From Eledone cirrhosa (taxonomy: Eukaryota), in assembly GCA_964016885.1 (NCBI GenBank), contig OZ024743.1, positions 118,420,001-118,484,000 on the forward strand: a stretch of DNA of 64,000 bases, given 5' to 3'. Both the position numbers and the translations under genes were made by a program. A model generated the notes under the pieces. The model had not been told where the DNA came from, ran no database searches, and saw nothing but the letters and a program-made list of their open reading frames with translations. Positions 40,464 through 55,052 of this stretch are shown piece after piece. Position 1 is the stretch's first letter. The number at the start of each line of letters is the position of its first letter.

Positions 40464-40787
40464 ACTAGCAGAAAAACCACCCTTCGAGTGGTTTTCTGCT
40501 AGCATGTGTAGTATGTATATTGATATTATACGCATGTAGATATGATACATCAAATAAAATCATAACTGACAATAGAAATTGAACGAAGACTGCGTTACAC
40601 TGTCTTATTTAATCAGTAACGTAATCCATGATACATTAAAAAAGACGAAATTATATATAAACTGCATTAGGAGAAAATTAGTGACAGAAAATTAGTATGT
40701 TTATTTAAGCGATGGCCAGCAGGAAGTGCTGACATTTCAGATATTTTAAAGAAATCCCGCGCTTCTTACTTTATTGTAGTTTAGATG
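40464..40787 (-). mobile_element. Helitron-like non-autonomous element
   Basis: 5' TCTAAACTACAATAAAG (similar end at about 41560). 3' hairpin AAACCAC..GTGGTTT followed by CTAG-T. Confidence 0.5.
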
Positions 40788-40837
40788 AGTTTAAAAAAAA
40801 AGGAGTTAATAAATAAATAAAACGTTATACTTGTTTT

Positions 40838-41200
40838 ACCCTCCCATTACCAATTAAACCGAACGCTATCATGACTGTATGTGTGTGTTTGTGTAAATGT
40901 ATATGTATGAATGTATGTATGTTTGTGTAAATGTATTTGTGTGAATGTATGTATGAATGTATGTTTGTGTGAAAGTATGTGTGAATGTATGTATATTTGT
41001 GTTAAAGTATACCCTCCCATCTCCAATTAAACCGAACGCTATCATGACTCTATGTGTGTGTGTGTGTAAATGTATATGTGTGAATGCATGTATGTTTGTG
41101 TGAAAGTATATGTGTGAATGTATGTATATGTGTGTGAAAGTATATATGTTTGTGTGAAAGTATGTGTATCTGTGTGAATTATGTCTGTGAGAGTGTATTT
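40838..41200 (+). repeat. 173-bp-period direct duplication with GT-rich minisatellite
   Basis: ACCCTCCCAT..CCAATTAAACCGAACGCTATCATGACT at 40838 and 41011. Confidence 0.85.
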
Positions 41201-41928
41201 TTATAAGTTTGTGTTTGCGCGATTATAGTTACTCATGCATATAGATGCATGTATGTGCACATACGCGTTAGGTGTAGAAAATCACAATCTCTCTATCTCT
41301 CTCATCACACACTCTCTCTTTTTATATATATGGTAGTTGAAATGGAGGTGGTGGCGACGATATACCGGAAGTGCAACTTTGAAAAGAAGTCAATTTGAAA
41401 TTATTTATTTTTACGAAATTATTTTTGTTTACGAAATTTAGTAGATAAATTATGTAATATTCATTCATTATTTATTCAAAGTAATCCAACTTATTTTACA
41501 AACGGGATAAAATAATAAAACGGACGCAATCCCGCAGACCTTTCTTTATTATAGTTTAGATTAAAAGAAATACGAATAAAAAAAATCGTGGTCACAAATA
41601 CCACTGCCGAATTTCATTTGCAATAACGCTTGCTCAATACTTACGAGACTCTGCCCATCTTGATAGCATGATTCAAACATATTTCGAGGAAATTCACAAT
41701 GTTGGGAGTTTGGCAACATCATGAACCTAGCAATGGCCAATTTATTTTATATTGGAGTAACTTCTGAGTTTAAATTCCACAAATTTCTACATGATGTCTA
41801 GACTTAGTATGATGTCGGTTTTAACATTATCGGAATACCCATTTCTGTAATAGAAGCACCTTTTTTAATATTAAGAGAAAAAGCATTTTTGTCAAAAATA
41901 AACTTGTTTCAGACTTGAACAAGTTTGC

Positions 41929-41987
<59 letters not shown>

Positions 41988-42157
41988 GTATATAACTCAT
42001 CCTTCATCCTCCAAGCGTGAAACTAATACTGCTGCATGTTATTGAATCCTCTTGTTTGTTCGTTTTTTGTTTCCTCGATATACACATATACACGTACATG
42101 TACGTCAATACACATCCTTTTCCATTTTAGACGGTTTCAAACCCCACTAGCAGGCTA

Positions 42158-42189
<32 letters not shown>

Positions 42190-42208
42190 ACCTGCTCAAT
42201 ACATGATG

Positions 42209-42480
42209 TTCAGTCCTGGCATGAGAACTTAGCTGTGTATTTAGAGCAGACATAATTTTAAAAATCCACATCAATTGCACATTAATTTAGGTGCAGTTTG
42301 AACTGCTTGTGGTATCTGGTCTTAAGCCACCTTGAAATGTTTCTTTAAATCTTCTTGAGATTGCATATCTTGTGGCATATTTTCGATTGAGAAGTCTGGA
42401 CTGGCAGGTGTGTTCTCTAATCAGGTTGAAGTGCCAATTATGTGTTCTTATGTCAGATTTACGTCCATCCTCAGTTAAGT
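42209..42480 (-). mobile_element. Possible Tc1/mariner 3' remnant
   Basis: TPASPDFSIEN..EDLKKHFKVA*DQIPQ resembles SPDLnPIEN..AWxxIP. Possible terminus CAGTCCTGGCATGAGAAC. Confidence 0.4.
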
Positions 42481-43138
42481 AGGTTTTGCCACAAATTATA
42501 AAAATTGAAAGTGCATATTCCCTTCTATTTTTTTTTTATTATTATTTTATACTTCATGTTTATCTTTATTAGTCCGTTTTGCTAAAACTGGCGATATATT
42601 TCCCATATGTCGATATGTGCGTTTTGTCTGAGCTCATGGTTTTAGTTATATGTGTTAGTTTCATACCAGTTTCTGCTCATGTAGAAGAAATCAGTTCCCG
42701 TCCGCGCCAACGTGGATAGAATACGTAATCCTTTACCGACTTTGTGTCCATTAGGTGAGGTTAGCTAATTCTACACTAATTCTACACTATGAATATTTCT
42801 ATTCTTCTCCCCAAATAGTTTCAGAGGGTCTGAAAAGGGACCTGCGCAATGATATTCCTACCATTTCTAAACATCAAGTAAAACGAAACTGAGAACTTAA
42901 TGTAAAATGTAAAATAGTTTGTCCAATATTACTATTTTCGCTCTCTGTTAATCATGCCTTCTGACATGAATAAATTTATAGCATGAATTTTCTGTATGAC
43001 ATTTTGATATTTGCATATTTAACTTAAAATAATAATCATATTATTCAGCGCTTAACTATGGCACCAAGATGCGTTATGGCTTATTCATAGCTGAATCTGG
43101 GCAAAGCTGGTACGCTCTTAGCATATATATATATGTAT

Positions 43139-43181
43139 ATTAGGAAAATTATTTTTTAAAAAGTGTTTGAAAAGCGCATCT

Positions 43182-43232
<51 letters not shown>

Positions 43233-43410
43233 GATCTTTATAACATGTACAAAAATTGACGTTAAAAATTGATATTAGCAATCCTGGTTTCTTTGGATCA
43301 TCAGAACATTTGTTATTAGGTTAAATTGCTGATTCTCGACCACATTCGTTTTAATATATATACCAGGTGCGCTTTCCAAACCCTTTTTTAAAATCATTTT
43401 CCTAATATAA
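43139..43410. repeat. About 50-bp inverted repeat flanking (TA)n plus spacer
   Basis: TAGGAAAATTATTTTTTAAAAAGTGTTTGAAAAGCGCATCTGGTATA versus TATACCAGGTGCGCTTTCCAAACCCTTTTTTAAAATCATTTTCCTA. Confidence 0.85.
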
Positions 43411-43455
43411 CGTGATCTGTATAGAACGTTTTCTAACGTTCACGCTTTTTATCAC

Positions 43456-43523
<68 letters not shown>

Positions 43524-44339
43524 CGTGCGTGTGTGTGTGTCTGTGTGTGTGTGTGCGTGTGTGTGTGTTTTTATAAGTGTATGTGTGATTTGCAGTTCTG
43601 TATTTTTATACGTATGTATGTATACACGTGTACAGTCTGTGGTCCCTGTTATTCATTAGTCGAATGATTACATTTGAAATAACATATGTGAGCCTGAATA
43701 CTTATTCTGAGTTATATTCAGATTTCAAACGCCTCATTATAAATGATAAATCAGAAATTTAATATAATAAACGCTTCATCTGATCTGAAAGAAGATTTAA
43801 AGTGTTGTCTGACATAGTTTCACACTCATGTGCTAAGTTGAAATGTTTTCTTACTAAATATATTACAAGGCTGTGATTAGCCAGTTCGGATACACTTATT
43901 TACCATGTATATCTACACTATCGCTTTACTACGCATGTTGATTTATTTTTCTTTTGCTTGTTTATCAATTTGTATATAACTAATTCTGATCCAGTCTATC
44001 CAATTATACTTTCAACATATTTTTGAGGAGAAAGATATATTGAGCAGTAAGAGATGACTCAGTGAGTAGGCTATCTTTTGAACAATATGAATAACAGCTC
44101 TGCATAAACATATTATTTAAAATACGTTAAAATTCAATGTGTGTGATTCTGTGTATGTCTGTGTGTGAGTGTGTGTGTGTGTGTTACTTTTGTCCCGTAA
44201 CGTACCATTATGCCACACAGAGATCGATAATACTTAAGATATTGAAATATGTTCTGGCATCGATGTAGTTACCGAAACTCTTTAAGATGCTGAACCTGTG
44301 TAACTACCGACCAATCAAATTACTGACTTGAGATGTGTG

Positions 44340-44930
44340 AAAAATCTGATCTATTTGCTTTCTTGATGTTATGTCTATGGAACTTAAACATGAAAAGCAT
44401 GCAATTAATGAGCCCTCGCCTTCGCTCAAAATGCTAGGCTCCGCACTAACTAAAGATCTCTCACGGTAAATGCATATCCTACGTATAGTTAGAAATGTGT
44501 GAAACAGATTGGTCCTTCTCTTCAGAGCCAGAATATAATACATCCTCGAACACCATCTGACAATCTACAATCTCCAGGTAAAGCAACAATAGAGTAGTGC
44601 TCCCAAAACTGTGAGGGTGTTAATGCCTCACATACCTCTTAGACCACGTCCAGAAAAAGGCCATTCATCTGACACATGCTCCAGGATCTATGGCTACTAC
44701 AATGGAATGAGCTCCTAGGAGCTCACTGGACCTATGTCAACTTCAGTCAGTTATTCCCGCCTCACTCGTCTTTCCTGCTCTCATCCTTCCTATCGTGTCC
44801 AACTTCTCCAGGCCTTGGACCAAACACTATGTGAAGGACATCCTATTTGCCCTCCTAACGATACCAGATGGAAGTTCCAGCTGAAATGAGTGATATTAAT
44901 TTCAACGTAGATCTAAATATAGCTTTAAAA
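44340..44930 (+). mobile_element. Decayed CR1/L2-group LINE 3' region
   Basis: LKMLGSALTKDLS..HI..LVLLFRAR..EHHLTIYNLQVK resembles the post-RT domain LxxARxY..LLTIYKxQVRP. Confidence 0.55.
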
Positions 44931-46175
44931 AGGTAGATGAAAAAGCGTCACATTCTTTATCATCTGTTCAAGACTTGTTGCTTAGCGTATCCATCTTGTC
45001 ATATCTTCATTAAGAATATTGACGATTGAATAAATTGAGCGGTCTATCTGAAAGGTTCAAGAATCTTACAAATAATGGGAAGTGACACTCAATCAAAAGC
45101 TTTAATACAATCTTGGAAAATTATGTAAAGAGATCAATGTTATTCTACATATTTGTTTGGATTTGTCGTAAGAAAGATGTCACATCAACCGTTTCGAGAT
45201 AAGGTTTAAATCTACGTGGATTTTGCGTAAGAATCAGTCTGTAAAGAAATCTTTTTACGAGAATTATTTTCAAGTACTCAAAAAACGAGAGCTAACCAAA
45301 ACGAAATTCTTAGAGAGGCAGAGAGAGTGGGTGAGAGGCAGAGAAAAAATAGGCGGGGAAGATGAGTGAGAAAGCGTCCTTCGTAAATAACGTCAATTCA
45401 TAAATTATATTTTAAAGCAAAATCTATTATACACAGTTCTTCAATGATAAATAAATGAAAGACTTAATGACTAACGTTTATAATGTTTACGCTATAATAT
45501 GTATTAGATTAGATTCTAAGTGGTTATTGAGCTTTGCAGATTATAGTTCAATGTTTCCCAGTATTATTGATTGATAGCAGGGGCTGAACTTAGGACAAAA
45601 AGGGTTAAATTTCTCAGCAAAGGGACATAACATTTCTGATGAGAGGTTATGAATACCTGGACCCTTTGACCTGTAAACCTTCGTTGGACTCAACCAGAAG
45701 CGCCACTCGTTTGTCAGTATTCTTATCATGAGCCTTCACGTGATTTGATCCGATAGTTGATCTTAGTTAGTTTAAAGTTATGATCAAAGGAAGCTATTTC
45801 AAATGTTTGTGTGCTGTGGATATCGTATTTCTCTCAATTGGGTGTCGACTATTTGTTACAGAAGTTTGTAACGCCCTATAGAATTAATCATTCCGGCTCT
45901 TAAGTCTCGTAATTTAAAACCTCAGTTCATATATACGTACATATATATATATATATATACACACATACATACACATACATACATGCATACATATATACAT
46001 AGATACATACGCATATATATATATATAAACACATACGAACATTCATACAAACATATGTATGTGTGCGTGCGTATAAGTGAGTACTCGCGTTTGTGCGGGC
46101 ATGACTTTTTGTTTCACTGAATATATATGGATTTGTCTATGTGGGTATTGCTTCTATTAATGCATCTCTCTTTCT

Positions 46176-46288
<113 letters not shown>

Positions 46289-46576
46289 GCTTATGTATAT
46301 CTGTATAAACATATGTATCGCTCCCTCTTTCCATCTCCTTTCTCTATGTATCCCTTTCTCTCGCTCTCCACACACGCACACACACACACACACACACAGA
46401 CACAAACACACATATATATATATACACACATACACTTATCTCTACATACCTGATTGTGTATAAACAGATATAGCACAGTATATATCTGTGTGCATACACA
46501 TTTGCAAAATTATATTTATGCGTTTGTGTGTCTACCAATGCATATATTTATGTTTATATGCTTCTCTCTCTTTCTC

Positions 46577-46613
<37 letters not shown>

Positions 46614-46616
46614 AAT

Positions 46617-46660
<44 letters not shown>

Positions 46661-47369
46661 GTATAATCAATTATGCTGATGGAAGAGCTAGAAAAATCAC
46701 GCAATCTCCAGAGACAATATGATCGTTGCAAGACAATAAATCAAACACTCCAGCTTACTGCTGTTTAGCTGTCCACCATGTATTTTTACCTTCTATCTCC
46801 CACCTCCGCATCTCAATCGCTGTCATAGAATTGGGATAGTGTATTAATGTATGATCAGTTAGCGGTTGTCGAATGCAGGTTTAATGATAGCGGATTGTCA
46901 CTTGATTTCCCTAATGTGTTTTGCTTCTTTATTACCTTCTCTGTAATTCCAGAGCAGAGATTAAAACGTACATAAACTGCGATTTGTAATATTCTTCGTT
47001 AAATGAATAACACCTAGAATTACTTTGTTTATATATTATTTGTTTTCTTTTTGTTAAATATTCCGCTTGCAGCAAAATTTCGGCTCCCAAATTTCTAATG
47101 TATAATGTTTTAAAATATTTTGTATTTTTTTGTTTTTATTAAATATATGTACTCGCATATATATATGGCAGTGACTCCTTTTCAATATCTTTTTTTATTC
47201 TTTTAACATATTAAAATAGACGTATTCCAATGAATTATGTGAATGGACTGCATACAATTTATATTTATTTTTCTCAATGTATATGATGGATGCATTTCAT
47301 CTGTGGTAAATTACTGGTTATTCGAGTTATACATGTGTTTCTAGTTCAATCCTGCAGTTGAAATTATTT

Positions 47370-47559
47370 CTTTTCAATTAGCCTAGCTTTGCTAATTCAC
47401 TTCATGCTTTTCTTGAAGGCGCCTTCAAGAAAAGCATGAATTGAATTAGAATAGCTAGGCTAATTGAAAATAAATAAATAAGGAGAGAAAATGGTGACAT
47501 TCATGCTTTTCTTGAAGGCGCCTTCAAGAAAAGCATGAATGTCACCATTTTCTCTCCTT
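47370..47559. repeat. Two adjacent palindromes sharing an identical 40-bp palindromic core
   Basis: TTCATGCTTTTCTTGAAGGCGCCTTCAAGAAAAGCATGAA at 47401-47440 and 47500-47539. Confidence 0.95.
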
Positions 47560-48423
47560 TTACAAGTATGGGAACTTGTTACTTAATCATAAGAAACCAA
47601 TACATATTTCACATTTTTATACCTGATTTATATTGCCCTTTTGACAACCACCCAACAGTATTTTCATTTATTTTCCTATATATTTATTATTAGACTATAA
47701 AAACCAGTGAAACGGAATTACAACTACTGAAAAGTAAATCTTTTCACAAACAATAAAGGTCCATAAAAAAATATGTGGTACTCCATTAAAACGAAAAGAA
47801 ACATAGAAAAAAGAAAAGGGGCGAAACAATTTAAATAGGTATATGGCCACAAGAAAAAAAAACCCTTGAGTATAAAAATACAAAAATGTATAAATGGTGA
47901 TAAACATTTCACAATAGCCATAGAAGAAACGTTACATACAACCTGTCTCCACCTTTAGTGACACTATGCGTTTCATTACTGAAAACGGGTGTATTAATAT
48001 TAACTCAACCATTAATTTGGATGGTTCATTTTTTAAAACAGAAGGTAAATCGGTAGTAAAATTTTCGGAATGTGATTTGACTGTTTTGCAATGTTATCAC
48101 AGAACGCTCGTAGGCTAACAGTATAATAACGGTAACGGTTTTCATTCATCCCGGATTTCCCAATCTCTCAATAAATAAGGAAAGGAAACTTTAAAAAGTG
48201 TGTATATTTACCAAAAGTATTCATAAGGTAAAAGATGCGAAATTCAATTCAACAAATAAATGAAGGCACGGCTCACTAAAATAATTGTCCATATATACAT
48301 GTGCACACACACAAACAGGCAGCTGCTCGCACTCGCGCACACTGACCCCCCCCCCTCTCAAAAGCGTGAACCTATTAAACTCTTATTTGTACTGCCTCTC
48401 TGTTTTTGTTCCCGTCTAAGTTT

Positions 48424-48509
<86 letters not shown>

Positions 48510-48585
48510 CATACATATATATATATACAAGCAAATTATAAACGTAAACATGTAAGTATGTTTTTGAAACGGTGCGCGAGTTTGA

Positions 48586-48816
48586 AATTAGAAGTTAGAA
48601 ATTATAAGCTTTCACCGTATTTTAGACTAAAGAAATTTCTAGCCTGATAGTGGGGTTTATAACCCTCGGAGAAATGGAAAAAGATGAGTGTTGCCGTACA
48701 AGTGTTGCCATGTACGGCAACACTCATCTTTTTCCATTTCTCCGAGGGTTATAAACGCCACTATCAGGATAGAAATTTCTTTAGTCTAAAATACGGTGAA
48801 AGCTTATAATTTCTAA

Positions 48817-48824
<8 letters not shown>
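48586..48824. repeat. About 115-bp-arm fold-back next to (TA)n
   Basis: TTAGAAATTATAAGCTTTCACCGTATTTTAGACTAAAG...GTGTTGCCGTACA and its reverse complement. Confidence 0.9.
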
Positions 48825-48889
<65 letters not shown>

Positions 48890-49016
48890 GAGGTTATATT
48901 TAATTTGTTGGGATACAACAAGCAAAATATTTTTATAACTGATATAAAGCACTCAACAAATTGATTGCATTTGTTAAGGGTATGTCAATATTTATTTATA
49001 AAACTAACCCATATTA

Positions 49017-49082
49017 TATTTTATCTGATGAAAGCGCACCATAGTTTAACTTTGTTGCTCTTGAAATATGTATAATGAAATA
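49017..49082 (+). ncRNA. Type I (minimal stem III) hammerhead ribozyme
   Basis: tattttat-CTGATGA-aagcgca...tgctctt-GAAA-tatgta-TA-atgaaata, with an 8-bp stem I. (TA)n lies about 40 nt downstream. Confidence 0.75.
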
Positions 49083-49116
49083 AATATGGTTTTATAAATA
49101 TAGTTTCCCTTTGTTA

Positions 49117-49161
<45 letters not shown>

Positions 49162-50787
49162 ACACACACATATATATATATATATGTATATTTTATAATG
49201 ATATTGCATAGCTTTTGCTAGCGTTAATATTGGTTTCTCATATTGATCAGGTGTTGGTTGGTGTTAAATCTCTGCATAGCAAAAATACCATTCATCAAAC
49301 CCCTTTAATTTTTAGATGACCCACGCTGGACTGTGAGATCTGAAGTCTACGAAAAAAGAAAGCAGTTAATTCAGCGGCGATAACACTATTATTATATATT
49401 GGAGTTTTTTCTGTGGCTGGTGAGTATAATTTACAATTTTATAATGAGGATAATTTAGACAGAAAGTTAGTGTACAGAAATTTTGATCGCAGTCCGCTAT
49501 GGAAATGTACAGTCTGAATGCGCTGAAATAACGCTAAATTCAAATTTGCATTTCGTCTCTTCAATGTCGATGAGATAGAGTACCAGTCAGAGAGGTGGTT
49601 GGATAGAATTTTTGAAGAGTCCAACAGGAGGCTTTGTGGTGATTTGTTTAGGCTCCTCCCATTCTAAATATGTGTACAGTGGTCATAATAAGTCAATCGG
49701 TTTAGCACCACCACCTGCTCTTTGTATGACATTATTGGAGTTCACCCTGTTACAAGCACCCGGGTCGAATGTCTCGTCTGAGGATAACTTCTTTCTAACC
49801 TTCTACTAGTCTTGCAGGATTTGAAATTAATATAGTATCATGCTCATCCCTCCCTAATTAAGTGGTAACATTTGATTCATGATGACACAATCAACCTAAT
49901 TCGTGCTGAGAAAAGCCTACTGATTACTATGCCTATCTTTTACACTCATCTCATAAAACTCTTTATATGAAGAATTCTGCCATAGAACTTTCACATCCGA
50001 CCATGATAATGCACCACGTCACAAATGCCCCCGCAATAACAGGTTAAAAACTTGAAATATATAACAATTATCATCTTTAAAAATATCAGCTCAGCTTCAT
50101 AAATTAGATTTATAAAAGTAACATTTTACCAAAAGTGTCTCCTCCACGTAGGCATGCTTTCATTGTTCCTTGCATCTTTTGGTAGTAGCTTTCGTCGGCG
50201 TAGCATCAAAATAAATAGCCTTAATGTATGATCTTTATCATCGTTATCACCATCAACGCCAACATTTTCGACAACAAAAACAAAAACAAAAAAAAACAAT
50301 GAAAACGACAACTACTAGAACATCAACATCGCCATCAATTCAATTTCAATGGTGTTTTTACTTTCCTTCCTTCCTTTCCAGAGTTCCCACAAGAGGTCAT
50401 CTTCATCAACGTCATTATCATCTGTGTTCGTTGTGCAACAGATCGTGAATGCATTGAAAAATACCTCCCTGACGTCAAGCTGCCTCAGTGACTGTTCAAA
50501 GTCTTTCATATTATAATCATCATCATCGTTGAATTGTCGCGACAGCAATAGCATTTCCATCAACATATGTAATCATTGGTGCAGAGCCTTCACTGCACAG
50601 CCAGTAACGCCGTAACTTAGATTTAGAAAGAGCGGCGCTAAACATGACAGACGAATAACGAGGGAGAGAAACAGAGGGTGAGAAAGAGAAAGAAACTGGG
50701 AAATATGTATTAAAAATGAATTATTAAAACAATTAAATAAATAACTTTATTATGCTTAGGCCTAGCCAAAATTGCAGCAACACTCAA

Positions 50788-52070
<1,283 letters not shown>

Positions 52071-52382
52071 CAAATATGTATACCAGCGCACACATTATTT
52101 AGGCCATTCGTGTTTTATCGTTGTTGTTTTTTTGTATGAATTTTTCTCTCTTTTTTTCCCCTGGACTTAATCGTTCCCTGTGATTGTCTACTCTAGTGTA
52201 AAGTTATAATGACGGTATAATATACAGACTTTACAGCAGGGGTCCTCCATTTCGTTTAGCATGACTATAAAACAACCAACCTATTCCTGGAGTTTTATAC
52301 TGCAATACAATGAAATGAATCGTAGAAAAAGCACTATTTGTATATATATATATATACATACAATATAATATAACATACTGTC

Positions 52383-52426
<44 letters not shown>

Positions 52427-52990
52427 TATTATACTATAGTATGCTATATTATATATCTACCATACAAGAATCCATTGATCAAAAAATACAGACTTGTCCC
52501 ATATATTGTAATGGCTGGATGATTAAAGTTTGTAAATAGGAATAATCGTGAATAGTTCTTGTGGATTAACCCATGCTATAGGTGTTTGTTGAGTCCGTTC
52601 TGAAAAGCACATATCTTTCTATTCATTTTGTTGTTTTTTTATAGAAAAGAACATTGAAATATTCTTTGAATTTAGCGCCATCTCTCTGCTATCTCTCTAT
52701 CTTCTCTCTTTGCCACATAATCCCCCCCCCCCCCCCCCCACAGCCTCTCTTGCTATATATATATATATAAGGAAAAAAGATGAAATCGAAAATGCAACTG
52801 GAGACTTTTTAAGAATATTTATTTGGTTCCTTTACTGGTTTCGCAGTTATTATGCTTTTCAAAAGTAGAATTGAGATGGAGGGTTTGTGGTTTTTCTCGC
52901 ATCTGATTTCATCTTTTTTTCCTTATACTTTCACTCGTTTTTTTTTCATTTTGGAAAAAAAAACTAATTTTCTAATATATATATATATAT

Positions 52991-53635
52991 ATATGTGAAA
53001 AATATGGGGAGAAGAATACTGCATGGTTGCACATGGATAACATGTTATAAAATGAGTCCCTCATCAGTGATTTGCAAACGGTCATTGGTATTTCATTGCA
53101 TTAAAAATCATATACCTCACGTTGGTGCAATAATAACTAAAATAAGTTATTAGGACAATTAAAACGCGTAAAGCGAGTGAGACAAGTAAACAACACAGGG
53201 GAAAGCTAACCGAAGATAGGAAGAAACACAAGCTACATAGTTATTCTATCAGTATAAGCTGGGTGAATATATGAGCGAGTAAAGAATAGACCTTTCGCAA
53301 TGAATCCGATGTAAGAAAGAAGGAAAATCGTTTTCGTAGCGAACGGGGGAAGTGAGAAGGGGAGAAACACTGAGTGAGTGAGTGGAAGTGCGAGGAAGAG
53401 GTCAGTAGAGAGAAAATGTTAACTGACATGACAGAGGGGGCGAAAGAAAGTAAGAGAAACAGAGAGAACGAGGGAGCAGTAAGAGAGAGAGAGAGAGAGA
53501 AAAACAGTATCGCAGTTTAGGTAAATATATGTGAAAAATATGGGGAGAAGAATACTGCATGGTTGCACATGGATAACATTTTATAAAATGAGTCCCTCAT
53601 CAGTGATTTGCCAACGGTCATTGGTATTTCATTAT
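52991..53635 (-). mobile_element. Family B element: 536-nt unit plus partial tandem copy; permuted HHR at 53058-53125, partial copy at 53595-53633
   Basis: About 108 bp repeated at a 536-bp offset (TCATCAG at 53061 and 53597). Reverse complement of 30810-31010. (TA)n on both sides. Confidence 0.8.
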
Positions 53636-54304
53636 ATATATATATGCTTACACAGTGACCGCAACTCGCTTGATACTTGAACATGCGCATCACAGACGTG
53701 GCTTTTTAGTCCTGCTAGGGACTTCCCTATGGTCAACAATACTAAGCATCTTAAAAAATGTCATATTAAGCGACGCCTGTGCTTTAAGCTTTTTTAAGTG
53801 AGGAAAAGCTTTGCACGGGTCAATCCCACACTCCGAACACCGAATGCATTTGCCCAAAAAGAAGAACTGGTCTACATCATTGGATGCAAACGAAGTCGCA
53901 GATTTTATATGAGAATGACCTTTTCCTAGAGACATGTCTTAATTAAGAGTAGGAGTCCCTCCAAACAAAATCAAATACATTATTTGATGTCCGTTGACGC
54001 CCCCGCACTTTGGAGTGTTTTGTTTTTCATCCTGCAGGGTGTCCAAAATCACCCTCTTCACCAAGCAAATTTGGTGGGCTTGCCGGTTTAGTCGCCAACG
54101 ATCCGACCATGCACGGGTTGTACTGGGTTGCATGTCACCAGTTGCGCTGAAGATCGACCTGATATAAGCTTACATAGATATATACATACACACACACTAA
54201 TCTATATAACATTTAACAAAAACAAAAATGCAAGTCTCTGCGAAATTTCCTGTGTCCCACTCGTTTACACATAATAACACATACTTTCCTACATAAAAAT
54301 GTAT

Positions 54305-54391
<87 letters not shown>

Positions 54392-54392
<1 letters not shown>

Positions 54393-54840
54393 AATGGTTT
54401 CTGATTTAGGCAGAAGGCCAACAATTTTGGGAGGATGGAATGCGATTAGATCAATCTCAGTGCTTTACTAGTACTTTATTTTATTGACCCCCGAAAGGTT
54501 GAATGGCAAAGCTAACTTCGACGGGATTTGAACACAGAATGCAAAGGGCCGTAACGACATACCATAATCATGGTGTTCGACGCTCTACCGAATCTGCCAA
54601 TCCACCACCGTTATGAGAATAATAGTAATAATGGTTTCTGAATTAGGCACAAGGCCAGCAAATTTGAGGCGAGACTAAAGTTCATTAAATCGACCCCAGT
54701 GTACTTCAGTTTATCGATCCCGTAAGGTTGAAAGGCAAAGCTAACCTCGGCTGGATTTGAACTCAGAACGTAAAGGGCCATAACTCTATGCCACTAAGCA
54801 TCTTGTATGACGCTTTACCGATTCTGCCAATCCACCACCA
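54392..54840 (-). mobile_element. Two tandem SINE copies (54392-54612 and 54630-54840)
   Basis: Each shows the reverse complement of tail, core, GGATTTGAAC and head CTGCCAATCCACCACC. Confidence 0.85.
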
Positions 54841-54849
54841 TGCGACAAG

Positions 54850-55052
54850 TACTGTGGATGTTGCTTCACCGTGGGACAAAAGGGTGAATGAGAAGGACAG
54901 TGAGAAAGCTAAGAAAAACCAGCTGAGAATCAGACACGTAGAAGCGGTACCAATTGTGGTTAGCGCCCAGGGAGGAAGTAGTATAAGGTTAGATGCATGG
55001 CTTGGGAAGCTAGGGATTACTATCAGGACGGGATTGTTGGAGAAACAGCCTT
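54850..55052 (+). mobile_element. R4/Dong-type non-LTR element fragment (restriction-like endonuclease end)
   Basis: VDVASPWDKRVNEKDSEK..VEAVPIVVSAQG..LDAWLGKLGI..LLEK. Confidence 0.65.

Noticed and set aside
41560-41930. Possible Helitron helicase remnant (GIPIML, GQSL)
   Set aside because: Motifs too short and interrupted to support a call.
45630-45665. CTGATGA followed by a small hairpin
   Set aside because: No GAAA box and no stem III.
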